Shown here: one piece after another, positions 38,431 to 51,250 of the stretch
How positions within the stretch are numbered: the stretch's first letter is position 1
Layout: each line of letters opens with the position of its first letter
Origin: Octopus sinensis
Lineage: Eukaryota
Length of the DNA stretch: 64,000 nucleotides
Direction: 5' to 3'
Assembly: GCF_006345805.1 (NCBI RefSeq)
Contig: NC_043001.1
Span: 132,246,001 to 132,310,000, forward strand
Program-made: the position numbers and the translations under genes
Notes under the pieces: generated by a model
What the model was told of the DNA's origin: nothing
The model's database searches: none
What the model saw: the letters and a program-made list of their open reading frames with translations, nothing else

Positions 38431-38898
38431 AATAGAGTATGCATCAAAGAAATATATAAAGAAGAACATAGTGTATGAGCAGAAGAGAAGGAAAATCAGT
38501 GAGAAATATGTATATTAAACGTATGTGAGAAAGATATAAAAAATGAATGAGAGGAACACAAAAAAAAGAGTATGTACGTGCTTGTATGTGTGTGTGTACA
38601 CGTAAGTCATATGTGTGTTGTATGTATGTGTGAGTGAGTTTGTGTGTGTGTGTGTGTGTTTGCAGCTTCATAGATTCTCTATAAATCTGTCTATAGTTAC
38701 CAGAAAAAGAAAAAAAAAGAATAGTATTACCTAAGAGCTGTATAATAAAACCTCACTAATGCAATCACAATGGGATTGACTACAAGATATTACATGTAAC
38801 CACTTGCTTGATAGATGCATATTAAAAACGTGGCTTTTATATGGGGAAATCAAAATTTGTTTGAGGAGGAAGAAAAGCATAAAGATATTAACAAGAAA

Positions 38899-39415
38899 TC
38901 TATATATATAAAACTGTAGTTGTGTGAGTGTCTGTCCCCTTCGATTTAGATTCCTAACTACTCCCACATTTTGCTGTGCAGTTTAACCAAATTCGGGTAT
39001 CTTATAGTCGTGATTCATATCGAGCCCGTCTGAGTATTAGCGCGCGTCTACGATGAGTCTACGATTTTAAAAATAATTTAACATCATTTTTTTATTCCAT
39101 TTTAATGCATAATTTTTCGTGTGTCGATGGCGGCGGAGTTGGCGTCCATGGTCACACCTGCACCTGTGTTTGCTTCTCCCCCTTCTTCCCTCCCTCGTGA
39201 AGCTGTGGGGGAAGGGAGTGTAAGGAAATCAATGTCGTAAAGCGTTGTCAAGGAGACCAGCGTTCTTTTAGAACAACGACTTCATGGCTTGAAGACACCA
39301 AAACAGAAATGGCTAAGAAAGCCCGAATTGGTATCTACAAGGGAAGTAACTCTCTAAAAATGCTTATATAGTTATTTCCCTTACAAACCTGAGCAACGCC
39401 GGGCGATACTGCTAG
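38899..39415 (+). mobile_element. Non-autonomous Helitron
   Basis: A|TCTATATATATAAAA 5' end, subterminal hairpin cc(t)gagcaacgccggg, CTAG|T 3' end, no TSD. Confidence 0.92.
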
Positions 39416-39856
39416 TAGAACATACAAAAGAAAATCTAAAATTCAAGAAAATATGTGTGTGTGTGAGTATGTATGAGTTGTTGCCACTTTGTCCCAGATC
39501 ACCCCTAAGTGAGCATATCTATCACAAAAGCATTCCAACCATAGCCATCATTTTTTTTGCATAGCATACTTGGAGTACATTTTTCAGTGTGTTCTTCCAT
39601 TTTTAAATAGATAGCAGAATGTGATTTGAGGGAGATTTTGTCATTATTTCTAGCAGACTGATAAAGGCACAAAGTTTTGTTCCTCCTATGGCTTGTATTA
39701 AAGGTGTCTATGTGTATATATGTGGTGGAAATTGATACTTAAATAATTAAAGGACACTAGTTTTAGTCAATCATAATTAAACACAATTATACTTAAACAC
39801 GTGTGTGTGTGAGATCATAATGAGATGATGAGATCATAAAGAGAGATCATAAAGAT

Positions 39857-40500
39857 GATGATCATCATCATTTAACGTCCGTTTTCCATGCTGGCATGGG
39901 TTTGACGGTTTGACTAGGGAGTTGGCATAAGGCGGCGAGTTGGCAGAAACGTTAGTACGCCAGGCGAAGTGCGTAGCCGTATTTCGTCTGCCGTTACGTT
40001 CTGCGTTCAAATTCCGCCGAGGTCGACTATGCCTTTCATCCTTCCGGGGTCGATAAATTAAGTACCAGTTATGCACAGGGGTCGATATAATCGACTTAAT
40101 CCGTTTGTCTGTCCTTGTTTGTCCCCTCTGTGTTTAGCCCCTTGTGGGTAGTAAAGAAATAGGTTTGACTAGGGAACTGGCAAACCAGAAGGCTACACCA
40201 GGCTCCAATCTGATCTGGTAAGGTTTCTACAGCTGGATGGCCTTCCTAACGCCAACGACTCCGAGAGTGTAGTGGGTGCTTTTTATGTGCCACCAGCACG
40301 GGGAGCCAGTCAGGTGGCACTGGCATCGATCCGTGCATGAATGGTGTTTATTGCATGCCACCAGCATGAGAGCCAGTCAGGCAGCACTGGCATCGGCCGC
40401 AACTACAATTTCCATTTTGATTTCGATTTGATTGAGATTCTGATTTTGATTTTACTTGAGTCAATAGTCTCCTCAAGCATGGCATGTCACCTGAAGACTC
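39857..40500 (-). mobile_element. SINE E with a nested + strand SINE B (39929-40161)
   Basis: Duplicated target ggtttgactaggga..tggca around the B copy. Confidence 0.9.
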
Positions 40501-41141
40501 AAAGATACTTTTTAAATGGGCTGGTTATGTGATGTATATATTATATTAAGACATAAACTTTCAGGTCAATTAACCAGTCCAGAGCTGATATCATTTTCTG
40601 TGGTACATATGCAACTGAAAATACAATACTCTCTTCTACCTGAGATGCTGGTCCATCACAAGGTTAATTCCAAAATATCACTGGTATGCATCTTCATTTG
40701 CATGAGCTGGTGCATTGTGAACAAAGTATTTTACTCAAGAGCATAATGAGAACCAGATGTAACAGGTATAAAGGATATAATTTATTAATACTATACTTTG
40801 AGAAATAGAAGTGTCTTAATATTTTGGACATAAGCCCTTCATCAAAAATAACATGAGAAAAGAAAAATTAGAAAAAATTGTAAATATGAGAAATATATAT
40901 TTTTTTTTGTGGGGGGGGGTACTGTATATATATGTGTGCGTGTGTGCTACATATGTGTGTGTATGTGTATGAAGTTATATGCTCTAGTGGCTTGAGTTAC
41001 AATTGTGTGTGTATATATATATCACCATCATCGCCATTTAAAGTTCATTTTCCATGCTGGTATGGGTTCTATGGTTGGATGTGCTCCCTAACACCAAACA
41101 CTTTGCAGAGTGTACTGGATGCTTTTTACATGGCATCAAGT

Positions 41142-41191
<50 letters not shown>

Positions 41192-41409
41192 ATACACACA
41201 CATACACACACATATTAAGGTACATGAATTTGAATATATCTCAATGTATAGTGGGTGCAAGTCAAGACAGCAAACATAAATAAGATCATTCCTTTCCAGA
41301 GTGGATGCTTAAGGAAAATCTGTCACGTGTTCTGGTCAAAGTATCAAATGAGAAGCTGTTTTACAAAGCTGTCTGTTATAATGTGGCCCTTGAACTAAAA
41401 CACTGCCAG

Positions 41410-42345
41410 CTCAGATCGCTAGCACACACAAACAGTTGGATAAAGTTCAGAAAATTGTTATCTCTGCTGGCAGCAAAGGACTTACCCCTCAGTATGAATG
41501 GCAGGTTGTATGATGCTTGCATGTGAAGTGCACTGTTACATGATAGTATAATATGGGTCCTGAATGCTAAGGATTTAAGAAACCAAAGGAAGAAATGTAG
41601 CTGAGATGCTGTATAAGATGTGTAATGTTGGGGCACGCAAACACCAAGTACATAAGAGCTGAAAACAAGAGCTTGATATAAAAGGTCAGATATCTTTATA
41701 TATAAAAGTAAGGTTGTGTGCTGTCTGTCTCCTACGATTTAGATTCCTAACTACTCCCACATTTTGCGGTGCAGTTTAACCAAAACCGGGTATCTTATAG
41801 TTGTGATTCATATCGAGCCCTTCTGAGTATTAGCGCAATTCTACAATGAGTCTATGATTTTTAAAATAATTTACCATCAATTTTTCCCATTTTTAATGCA
41901 TTTTTGGCATATATAAGGGAAGTAACTCTCTAAAAATTTATTATTAAATCTCAGAACGTAAAAAGCTACAGTAACACCCCTGCCTTTGTGGTTAGCCATA
42001 TTGAGATGGCTATTATACTTTACATCTCTAAAAATGCTTATATAGTTATTTCCCTTACAAACCCGAGCAACGCCGGGCGATACTGCTAGTAGTTTATGAA
42101 AGACAAAACTACAGGTATGAGCAGGTGATACTTACAGAAGATAACTGTGAAGAGAAATGTCAAAAGCTCAGTTAATAGAACCAGTGGAAGAGGGAGACCT
42201 ATAATGACAAGGGATGAAGACTGATTTCAAGATGTTGATTCTCATACAAGAGATGAGAAAGAACCATAAAAATTAAAAGCACCAGGTGCTAAAGATTTGT
42301 CCGCCTTTACAAGCATGACATAATATATGTTAAAATGGATGAAGA
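41410..42345 (+). mobile_element. Decayed RTE LINE 3' part, split by a Helitron
   Basis: WIKFRKLLSLLAAKDLPLSMNGRLYDAC..LLHDS..W, then a GRGRP motif and a tail resembling the family E tail. Confidence 0.8.
41693..42089 (+). mobile_element. Non-autonomous Helitron (same family as 38899, different interior)
   Basis: A|TC start; cccgagcaacgccgggcgatactgCTAG|T end. Confidence 0.92.
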
Positions 42346-42407
42346 TAGTCATAGAGACACAGATATATAAAATATACACACACACACACACATATATATA
42401 TATACTA

Positions 42408-42552
42408 AAAAATAAGCAACAAGAATGACTCCAGTAATTTGGTATAATTGCTTCGCACTACATCATTTTATTAATTTAATAAAATTTAATAAAATGATGT
42501 AGTGCGAAACAATTGTACCAAATCACCGGAGTCATTCTTGTTGCTTATTTTT
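42408..42552. repeat. Long inverted repeat (67-bp arms, ~11-nt spacer), probably Penelope-derived
   Basis: Arms differ by 4 transitions; the right arm contains GAAAC-aatt-GTA. Confidence 0.92.
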
Positions 42553-42654
42553 GATTATAATCATCCAACAAATTTTTATGGATAACACCATACAAAATTC
42601 TGGTGCATCTAAATTAAGTACCATATTCATTTGAATCTAAATTGTTGCTGAACT

Positions 42655-42711
<57 letters not shown>

Positions 42712-42834
42712 TCAAATAAATGTTTGCTTACACACATACATATATACACAAAAAAGCATTATACTTTGTATATTGAATCTTAAGATCTTGTATTTGTTGG
42801 TCGTTTATTTTGCCCTAGTCACAAGATGATAAGC

Positions 42835-43270
42835 ATCATCATCATTATCATCGTTTAACGTCCACTCTCCATGCTGGTATGGGTTGGATTGTTTAACTTG
42901 GAGCTGGCTAGCAGGGAGCTGTCCTGACGCCAGCTCTCTGTTGTGGCATGCTTTCTATGACTGGATGCCCTTCCTAATGCCAGCCACTTAGCAGAGTGTG
43001 CTGGATGCTTGGCATAGGTGCATTTACACATCACTGGCACAGGTGTATTAAAATAGCATTAGTATGAGTGCTTTTTACGTGGCACCAGCACCTGAAAGGA
43101 CAAACCTCTATGTGTGAAAGACAGTGATTTTACTTAAATTGATGTGTCTTACCAAGTACAGCAAATCGCCATATCTTTTGGTCCCTTGTCATTTCCTCAA
43201 TGAAGACCAGCACCCGAAGATCCTTTCTCACCAATTCATCCCATATCTTCTTGTATCTACCCTTTCCACA
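42835..43270 (-). mobile_element. Older family E element
   Basis: atcatcgtttaacgtcc..ctggatgcccttcctaatgcc. Confidence 0.8.
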
Positions 43271-43357
43271 AGTACCCTCCGCAATAAGCGCTCAGTGTGT
43301 CAAAAAGTAAAATACTCCATTTCATACCTTAATGATCATTTACAACCAGTGACACCT

Positions 43358-43807
43358 ATTTCTTTACTACCCACAAGGGGCTAAACACAGAGTGGACAAA
43401 CAAGGACAGACAAATGGATTAAGTCGATTATATCGACCCCAGTGCGTAACTGGTACTTAATTTATCGACCCCGAAAGGATGAAAGGCAAAGTCGACCTCG
43501 GCGGAATTTGAACCCAGAACATAATGGTAGACGAAATATCGCTAAGCATTTCACCCGGCATGCTAATGCTTCTTATTTCTTTACTGCCCACAAGGGGCTA
43601 CACACGGAGGGGACAAACAAGGACAGACAAAGGAATTAAGTCGATTATATCGACCCCAGTGCGCAACTGGTACTTAATTTATTGACCCCGAAAGGATGAA
43701 AGGCAAAGTCGATCTCAGCAGAATTTGAACTCAGAATGTTCAGACAGACGAAATACCACTAAGCATCTTGCCCGGCATGCTAACGTTTCTGCCAGCTCGC
43801 TGCCTTA
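43358..43807 (-). mobile_element. Head-to-tail dimer of SINE B (43573-43807 full; 43358-43572 lacking ~18 nt of head)
   Basis: One TSD-like pair, agg(t/g)gtcactg(g/a)tt, flanks the whole dimer. Confidence 0.9.
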
Positions 43808-43850
43808 ATCAGTGACCCCTGTCAAATGAGCAACACCATAGTTTAGTGCT

Positions 43851-44458
43851 TAGCCCTTTAGCATTCAGATTATTCTGTCAAACATAATACTTATTTATTG
43901 ACATTGTTTTGAATTTATCATAGTTTTAAGATTTTGATGATACTCTTACTCTTTTACTCTTTTACTTGTTTCAGACATTTGACTGTGGCCATGCTGGAGC
44001 ACCGCCTTTAGTTGAGCAAATCGACCCCGGGACTTATTCTTTGTAAGCCCAGTACTTATTCTATTGGTCTCTTTTGCCGAACCACTAAGTAACGGGGACA
44101 TAAACACACCAGCATCGGTTGTCAAGCAATGCTAGGGGGACAAACACAGACACACAAACATACACACACATATATATATATACATATATACGACAGGCTT
44201 CTTTCAGTTTCCGTCTACCAAATCCACTCACAAGGCTTTGGTCGGCCCGAGGCTATAGTAGAAGACACTTGCCCAAGATGCCACACAGTGGGACTGAACC
44301 CGGAACCATGTGGTTGGTTAGCAAGCTACTTACCACACAGCCACTCCTGCACCTGATGTGATTGCTTACTTTTAGAATGACATTGTTGGGTAGGAGTGAG
44401 TTTAGACACAAAACAGGTAAAATATTTTGGCAGGATGTGGTCGGTTTAAAGAGTTAAA
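43851..44458. mobile_element. piggyBac-type MITE family 1 interrupted by SINE A (43942-44354, - strand)
   Basis: MITE halves match 26183-26411 on either side of a full-length SINE A. Confidence 0.88.
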
Positions 44459-44910
44459 CTGTGATGAACTCCAGTGCATTTGACTGAAAGCCAAAATCAA
44501 CCGCAGTAGTATTTGAGTTCAGAATCAAAAAGGACATAATTTAAGACTACTAAACATTTACTTTGGTTACTCCTCTATGAATTTTCATATGTAACAACTG
44601 TAACAACAGCGATAGCAATTAGTAACAAACTAATAATAAATTCAGTAACAGGAAACTAATTAATAGACACTGAATAACAATATTACATGAATGGAAAGCG
44701 AAACATTTTTTTTTTCCTTTATAAAATTAAAGAAATCTTAACTGTCAAACATGAAATTTATAAATGAAGTCCAACATGAAGTATATGTATGTGAGATTAA
44801 AGACAACAACTATTTGAAAAGATTCTCTCTCCATTCTCTGAATCATTTAAATCCATTTCAGTGATTCTTAAAATAGATGTCAAAAGAAGACATAGGAATG
44901 GGATACAGAG

Positions 44911-44926
44911 TAATAACAACAACAAC

Positions 44927-44963
<37 letters not shown>

Positions 44964-44980
44964 CAATAACAACAACACAA
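44911..44980. repeat. (CAA)n(CAG)11 trinucleotide tract, non-coding
   Basis: Directly visible; bounded by TAA triplets. Confidence 0.9.
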
Positions 44981-45789
44981 ACAAAGGATTAATATCAAAA
45001 TGTTCTTTCATGAAACCTTTTTTGGTTTTGATTTGTTGTTCTTGTTTCTGTCCTCTATGAAATTGTTAATAAAGTGATTAAAAAATATAGTAGAAAAATA
45101 TTAACAAAATGAATGGAAGATAATTGATCATCTGTTGTATGAGAAAAGGCCTGAAGACAATAGAATGTTCAGTTAAATGTCTTTGCTGATTACTGCTAGT
45201 GATGGATAACATGTGTGACATGCATAGATAAGATGAAAAATTTCAGGTTATGATTGTAAAACTGATATGCACTGAACTTTGCAGCTTTTGTTGTACATCT
45301 TACATTTGACATATAAATCATTTCAATAAAATCTTTTATGGAAGAAAGATCGATTTAGCCATAAGAACATGTGGTAGCTAAAATGGAAGAAAAGAAGGTT
45401 TTTTTTTCCAGATAGGTTCTATAGGGATTTCTTTCATTGTCTCTATTTAAAGGTAGCTTAACGAAGAAGTGTGTTTAAAATGTAATGCCATTATAACAAT
45501 TAAACTTGGACAACGATAACAGAGGATGTTTAGTGTATGATTTGCTGAAAAAATAGATAGGGTTTGGTCAGTATATTTATTTTTTTCAACTGTTTTACAT
45601 TCATATTCTGAAATTTGAATAGGGTCAAAATGCATATTTGTTAGGGCATGTATTTTTTATTGGATGACCTTCCTGCTGCTAACAATTATTGATCCCTCCC
45701 AAAGCATTGGCAATACCCACAATAGAGTTTGCTCTCACATTTGGGATGGTACTGCTGGTGCTGCACACACAGATATCCTAGGCCACATC

Positions 45790-46020
45790 GGCGGCGAGCT
45801 GACAGAATCGTTAGCATGCCGGGCGAAATGCGTAGGCGTATTTCGTTTGCCGTTACGTTCTGAGTTCAAATTCCGCCGAGGTCGACTTTGCCTTTCATCC
45901 TTTCGGGGTCGATAAATTAAGTACCAGTTACGCACTGGGGTCGATATAATCGACTTAATCCGTTTGTCTGTCCTTGTTTGTCCTCTCTCTGTTTAGCCCC
46001 TTGTGGGTAGTAAAGAAATA
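45790..46020 (+). mobile_element. SINE family B, young
   Basis: Perfect 19-bp TSD agatatcctaggccacatc. Confidence 0.95.
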
Positions 46021-46079
46021 GATATCCTAGGCCACATCCAAATATGGGCCATCTAAATGACTAGCATAAAGTCACCCAC

Positions 46080-46457
46080 AGACACCATCCAGCTTCTGGT
46101 CCATCGGCATGCTACCTCCTCTCTCTGCCTTTCTACTTTACCTTTAATGAACTCTACTTCTCCAAACATAACCTCTCAGATATTCCAATCCTACTTGTCT
46201 CTCCTCATCAACTTTGTTATATGAAGTCCCTAACCCCATCTCTGTTGCACTAATCACTACCCTACCAGGCCTTTTGACTCATAATGTTGGCCCTCTGGAA
46301 TTCCTTCTCTACTCATGTCTTTCCTGCAAATGTTGACTCATTAAGGTTCAAGAGGAACATTAATGGCATCAATCTCACCAGTTTAAGAGAGCCTCAATGG
46401 CCATGAACAGTACTCTTTCCTCTTCATTCTTCAGACCCAGCATATAATAAAAAAAAT
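46080..46457 (+). mobile_element. Decayed CR1/L2-like LINE 3' fragment
   Basis: SSLCL(F)Y-like and LWNS motifs, A-rich end. Confidence 0.55.
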
Positions 46458-46654
46458 CTAATCAGAAATAACAAGAAATGTTCTACTCAATGAAGTAAAG
46501 TAGAACATTTGCTCAGCTATTTTTCAAATGCTGTTCTACTTTCATTTTCAAATGTTTGAAAAGGAGACCAGAAGGTTTGTCTGTTGAAGCAATAATATTT
46601 GAAGTCGGACAACATTCCTACTGCTAATAATAATCTAGCTATGAAATAAGACAA

Positions 46655-46820
46655 AAGCCAGAGCCACCTGCACCAATAGCACAGCCCCTACCCACTTCTG
46701 CCCCACTTGTGGGAGGGGCTTTCTTGCCCGGATTGGCCTCACCAGCCACCTCCGGTCTCATAGCAGCAATTCCACCAAATGATGTCAATGGTCATCTTCG
46801 AACCCGAAGGACGAACATTA
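46655..46820 (+). mobile_element. RTE-type LINE 3' end with C-terminal C2H2 finger
   Basis: ARATCTNSTAPTHFCPTCGRGFLARIGLTSHLRSH..*; TSD ataagacaaaa on both sides. Confidence 0.88.
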
Positions 46821-47119
46821 TAAGACAAAAATGCACTTTAAATTAGTAAAGCAAAACGGGATTTCAAACAGACATGAAAAACAAAGAAAATAATACGATT
46901 TGTACATATAACTAAGTGGTCAGTTGTCCATCCAACGCTGTCTCACCTGATTAAAAAAAAAAAAGGTATTGGAAAAATAAGTAAGTCATTAGTTCAGACC
47001 TTACTAATCCAGTTGCTGGGTTGGGCTCCAGAACAAAATAAAAAAACTACTCTTCTTGCTCCAGTTTATTTGACTGCTGAAAAACTGGTCCCAACAAGAA
47101 TTCATGTTAAATGGCTTAC

Positions 47120-47161
47120 AGCAGGAATGGTGTCAGGCTGTGCAATCAATTGCTCTAACAA
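47120..47161 (-). CDS. Candidate 42-nt coding exon, phase 0-0 (LLEQLIAQPDTIPA)
   Basis: Very strong acceptor ttttctccttcatttttttttcttcag|, donor gct|gtaagc, length divisible by 3, only frame 0 open. Confidence 0.45.
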
Positions 47162-47373
47162 CTGAAGAAAAAAAAATGAAGGAGAAAATTATGATTCCTG
47201 TAGAAGTGGAAGTAGTGTGCAATTGATAAGTAACCATTGTTTTGCAGAGTCAAGATCAATGACAAATGCAACTTGCAATAGTCTAATGTTCAGTCCATGA
47301 AGAGATTTGTCTCCCATCATAAGTACCAGCTCCATCCATAAATTTCAGTGATTCAGAAAGCTATGTGGTTAAT

Positions 47374-47428
<55 letters not shown>

Positions 47429-50029
47429 CATGCATACATGTACACGCATACACATATACCCTGCTATCACTACACAGAGATTAAAATGTTCAGCAGTGAC
47501 CCAGCACCTCAACCATTTATAATACTAAGCATTTATTTCTATTGACTGAGTCAACCAGAACAATGGCATGCATTGCCCCAGAGTACAGTCCTCTGCCTGT
47601 AGCAAGGTTTGAACCTATGTCATGTAGTGTGCATTATTTAATTCCATTCTCTGGATTTAGTGAAATGTATTTGCATTAATACAAGATTTGCAGTTTTTAA
47701 ATAATTTTAATAAACTGAAGTTACACGAGAGTGATTCATGACTAATTTATAACATTTACTCTCAGGTTGTTCAAATAAAACAAAATAAAGAACATTACAA
47801 GAAAAACCTCTAGTTAAAAGCAACCAAGAGCTGTCAATAGCAGATTTTCATTAGTGGAAAGAAATTAAAAGAAGTACAAAATGAAATATAGAAACAAAAT
47901 AAGATTTAGTAGAATTAAGTAAATAATATTTGTATGAAAGGCATATTTCTCGCTTGCATATAGAGTTTCCCAATTGTCGCAGAAGACAAATGGAATTTGA
48001 TCAGATATATGATGACAAGTTTTATGACTTATCGTCATATACTCACTGACTAGGACATAAAATAGTGCATTCTGTCAAAACAGATGGTCATTAGAAAATC
48101 ATTCTGGTCCAGCAAATATTGCAATCCATGTTTCCTATTTGCAGATATTTTCCTTGTCTTTTAATTGTTTTAGATATATTTAAAACAAAAACAAAAATGG
48201 CAACAATGTCAAATGTTCATAGTTAAGATCATATGATATGTGATATCTTACTAGCGTTATTACCAGGAAAATATTGCAGTTGATGAAAAATGATGCTATC
48301 AAATTCTAATGGCGCCAACTAGCTTTAAGAGAGAAAAGAAAAAATCCTTTTAAGCATTTGTAAATTGGAGTCTTTTTGAAATGTATTCTAGTCTATTGGA
48401 AACTTTGAATGTTTTGTAATAACAAAAAAATGCTTCCTGTTGGTGTCTCATATTTTTAAAACAACATGTTTCCAGAAAATGCCTTTTTGATAATGTTTTT
48501 ATACTTCATATTACAATTTAAATAAATGCAATGGCTACTTAATATTTCACCCAACTTAGTTTATGTCATTCAATCTCAAAAAGAAGGAAAAAGGAAAAGC
48601 AGAAAAAAAATTTTCCAAGGAAGGCAATATATCTAATTTATAGCAAATGGAAGATTTTCATAGAAGCTTCAGACAAAACCAGTTTCAAAGCATAATAAAA
48701 GTTAAAAATATTTCTAAGCATCAATACTTTCTGTGAGGGTTTTTTTTTTTTAATTGTTTAGATATTTTGGATGTAGACACATGAAATTTCCTATAAATGG
48801 CAGTCTTGTGAATTGTTAAGATGTTAAAGTGGCCTATCATTTTCTTTTCTGAAACATGTACGAAAGACACAGACAAAACAGATTATAGGCTATTTCTGTT
48901 AACATAGGAGATAAAAAGAATTTTGCTGTTTAAGCACAATTCATTATCTGCATAAATATAATGAAAACATTAAAAAATTACACATTCGTTCTTTCAAATC
49001 AATTGTATGAGCTACATCGTCTTTCTCTAACAGTTCTGCTGGTTGCATACATTCTATGAACTTGTCTCTATCCCATTTCAAAACGTTTCTGCATAGTCTT
49101 AAAATTTTCAACTAAAATATTATTAGCTTATATTCTTTAAAACTACACACTCTGAATGCCTTTCACTGTTGAATAACTGAATATTAGGTCATTGGTAAAG
49201 ATTCTGCTACATACCAGATAATCCTTTCTACTATAGGCACAAGGGACTGAAATACTGGTGAAGGGGGCTAGTCTATTACATTGACTCCAGCACTTGACTG
49301 GCACTTAATTCATTGCCTCTGACCAGATGAGAGGCAAAGTTGATCTCGGTAGAATTTGAATGTAAAAACAGACAAAATGCTGCTAAGCAATTTTTTTTGT
49401 TCAGCATACTAATGATTCTGTCAGCTTGCCACCTCGCCAGTTTGCCACCTTGCTACATTCCAGATGATATCATATTAGCCACCCCAATATATTTTCCTTT
49501 TAAGAATTATACTTAGGTCTTATGGGACAAAAACAGTTAATAGTTTTGCAATCAATGCCTACATAAAAGATATTTTGAGAGGGGTCAACTGCCTTTACTG
49601 ACTATTTGAAACACAACAGGTACATCTGTATAGAAGTACTCAATTTATAGTATATCTGACAGCTTTTATGAGGAGTCCCTTATAGCCAGCTTAACTGAAC
49701 ATTCAAAGAATATGAACTTCAAAGATATTTGGATAAATGAATTTTAAGAGTTTATAAATTGTTATCTTCTGTGAATTGCACTATTTAGCTTTAATAAACT
49801 ATTATTATTTTATTGATATGGTTATCTGACTGCAGCTGGGGCACTTCTCTGAAGGGGTTTTGTCAAATCATATTTACCCAGTAATTATTTTAGTCTGGTA
49901 ATGATTTTAATTGATCTCTACTGAATGATTAAATTAAATTTTGACTTACAGGGATACAGCATGACATGCCAGAGATTTCACACCAGTATACACTCACGCA
50001 CACACACACACACACACACGTGTGTGTGT

Positions 50030-50365
50030 GTTTCAATTTCAACTGGCACTCTGTCAGTAACAATGGTGTGAGTTCCAGTTGATCTAATCAGTGGAACAGC
50101 CTGCCAGTGGAATTAATGTGAAAATGGCTTAGCACTCCACAGACACATGTACCCTTAACATAGTTCTCAGGAAGATTTATCGTAGCACTGAATGTGACAA
50201 GGCTGGCCCTTTCAATTACAGGTGCAACTCACTTTTGCTAGGAGAGTGGACTGGAGTAACATGAAATAAAGTCCCTTGCTCAAGGACACAATATGTTATC
50301 AGGTGTCAAACTTACAACCTTACGATCATGAGTCAAATGTCCTAATCACTAAACTACACACCTTC
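50030..50365 (-). mobile_element. Older SINE with D-like head and C-like tail
   Basis: C-type 3' half (cactccacagacacatgtacccttaac) joined to a D-type 5' half (ttgctcaaggacaca). Confidence 0.75.
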
Positions 50366-51250
50366 ACACACACACACACAAACACTCACAAAATGGACTT
50401 CTTCATAGTTTGTCTCTCAAATCTCACTCATAAAGCAGTGATCATCTTGAGATTACAGTTGAATAAACTTGCCCAAAGTTCCACACAGTGGGTCAAGACC
50501 AGAATTATGTAGGGACAAAGAAAACTTCTGAAGCACTCAGCTATGCAATTTTTGCTTTCTTTCAAAGATTAATATTACAGAAATGTTTAATCAGATTATG
50601 GTGACTTTTTATTTGTTACATACAGAGAAGAGGCATACATCTGTATATGATATATATATATAACATTTGTTCTCATCTGATGAGTGTTAACTTCCCTAAC
50701 AATAGTATTTTCAAGTTGAAACCCATATGCTTTCACTAAAGATTGTTGTAGTAGAGCAGTACTATTTTGCTATTCTTTTCTTTTTGGTGACATCCTGATT
50801 GTCAAACGTATGTCAATGGATGATAAATATCAAAAACATAAATGTTTAAGGTAAACCTCAACATAAATGGTTCTCAACAGGGGTCCATATAATGTTTTTG
50901 GGGGTCCGTTACTCTATATGACTGTTCAGTCTTTTAGAATGATTTTAATCATAGGTTTAGTGAATCAAACTGTACAACTTCAAATACCACTAAAAGAAAC
51001 ATGTGACTTTGACTACAAGAAAACTTGTGTGTTCAAACTAACTTGAAATTATGATACTTTCCTCACAAGTCTTACACACACACACACCAAAATTATTTTA
51101 GAAGATTATACTCTTCTAAAGATCTAAGCAATTAACTATGGTCCTTAATCATCTCTCTTCAATACTATCATATTCTTTTACTTTTGTCATTAGCTTTGTG
51201 GATCTACCAAAGACTAGGCTTTTCAACTCACTTATACAGTATTTTTGGCA

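Noticed and set aside
44911-44980. Poly-Gln-like CAA/CAG tract
   Set aside because: Closed by stops and lacking splice sites; a simple microsatellite.
45305-45378. Strong minus-strand acceptor with a gtaaga donor (74 nt)
   Set aside because: All three frames contain stops; cannot be supported without RNA data.
46655-46782. C2H2 zinc-finger peptide suggesting a ZNF gene exon
   Set aside because: Single finger followed by a stop, a short tail and a TSD: the C-terminus of an RTE LINE.
50677-50725. CTGATGA-gtgtta..taaca hammerhead-like start
   Set aside because: No GAAA adjacent to stem II and no stem III or cleavage triplet; at most a truncated relic.
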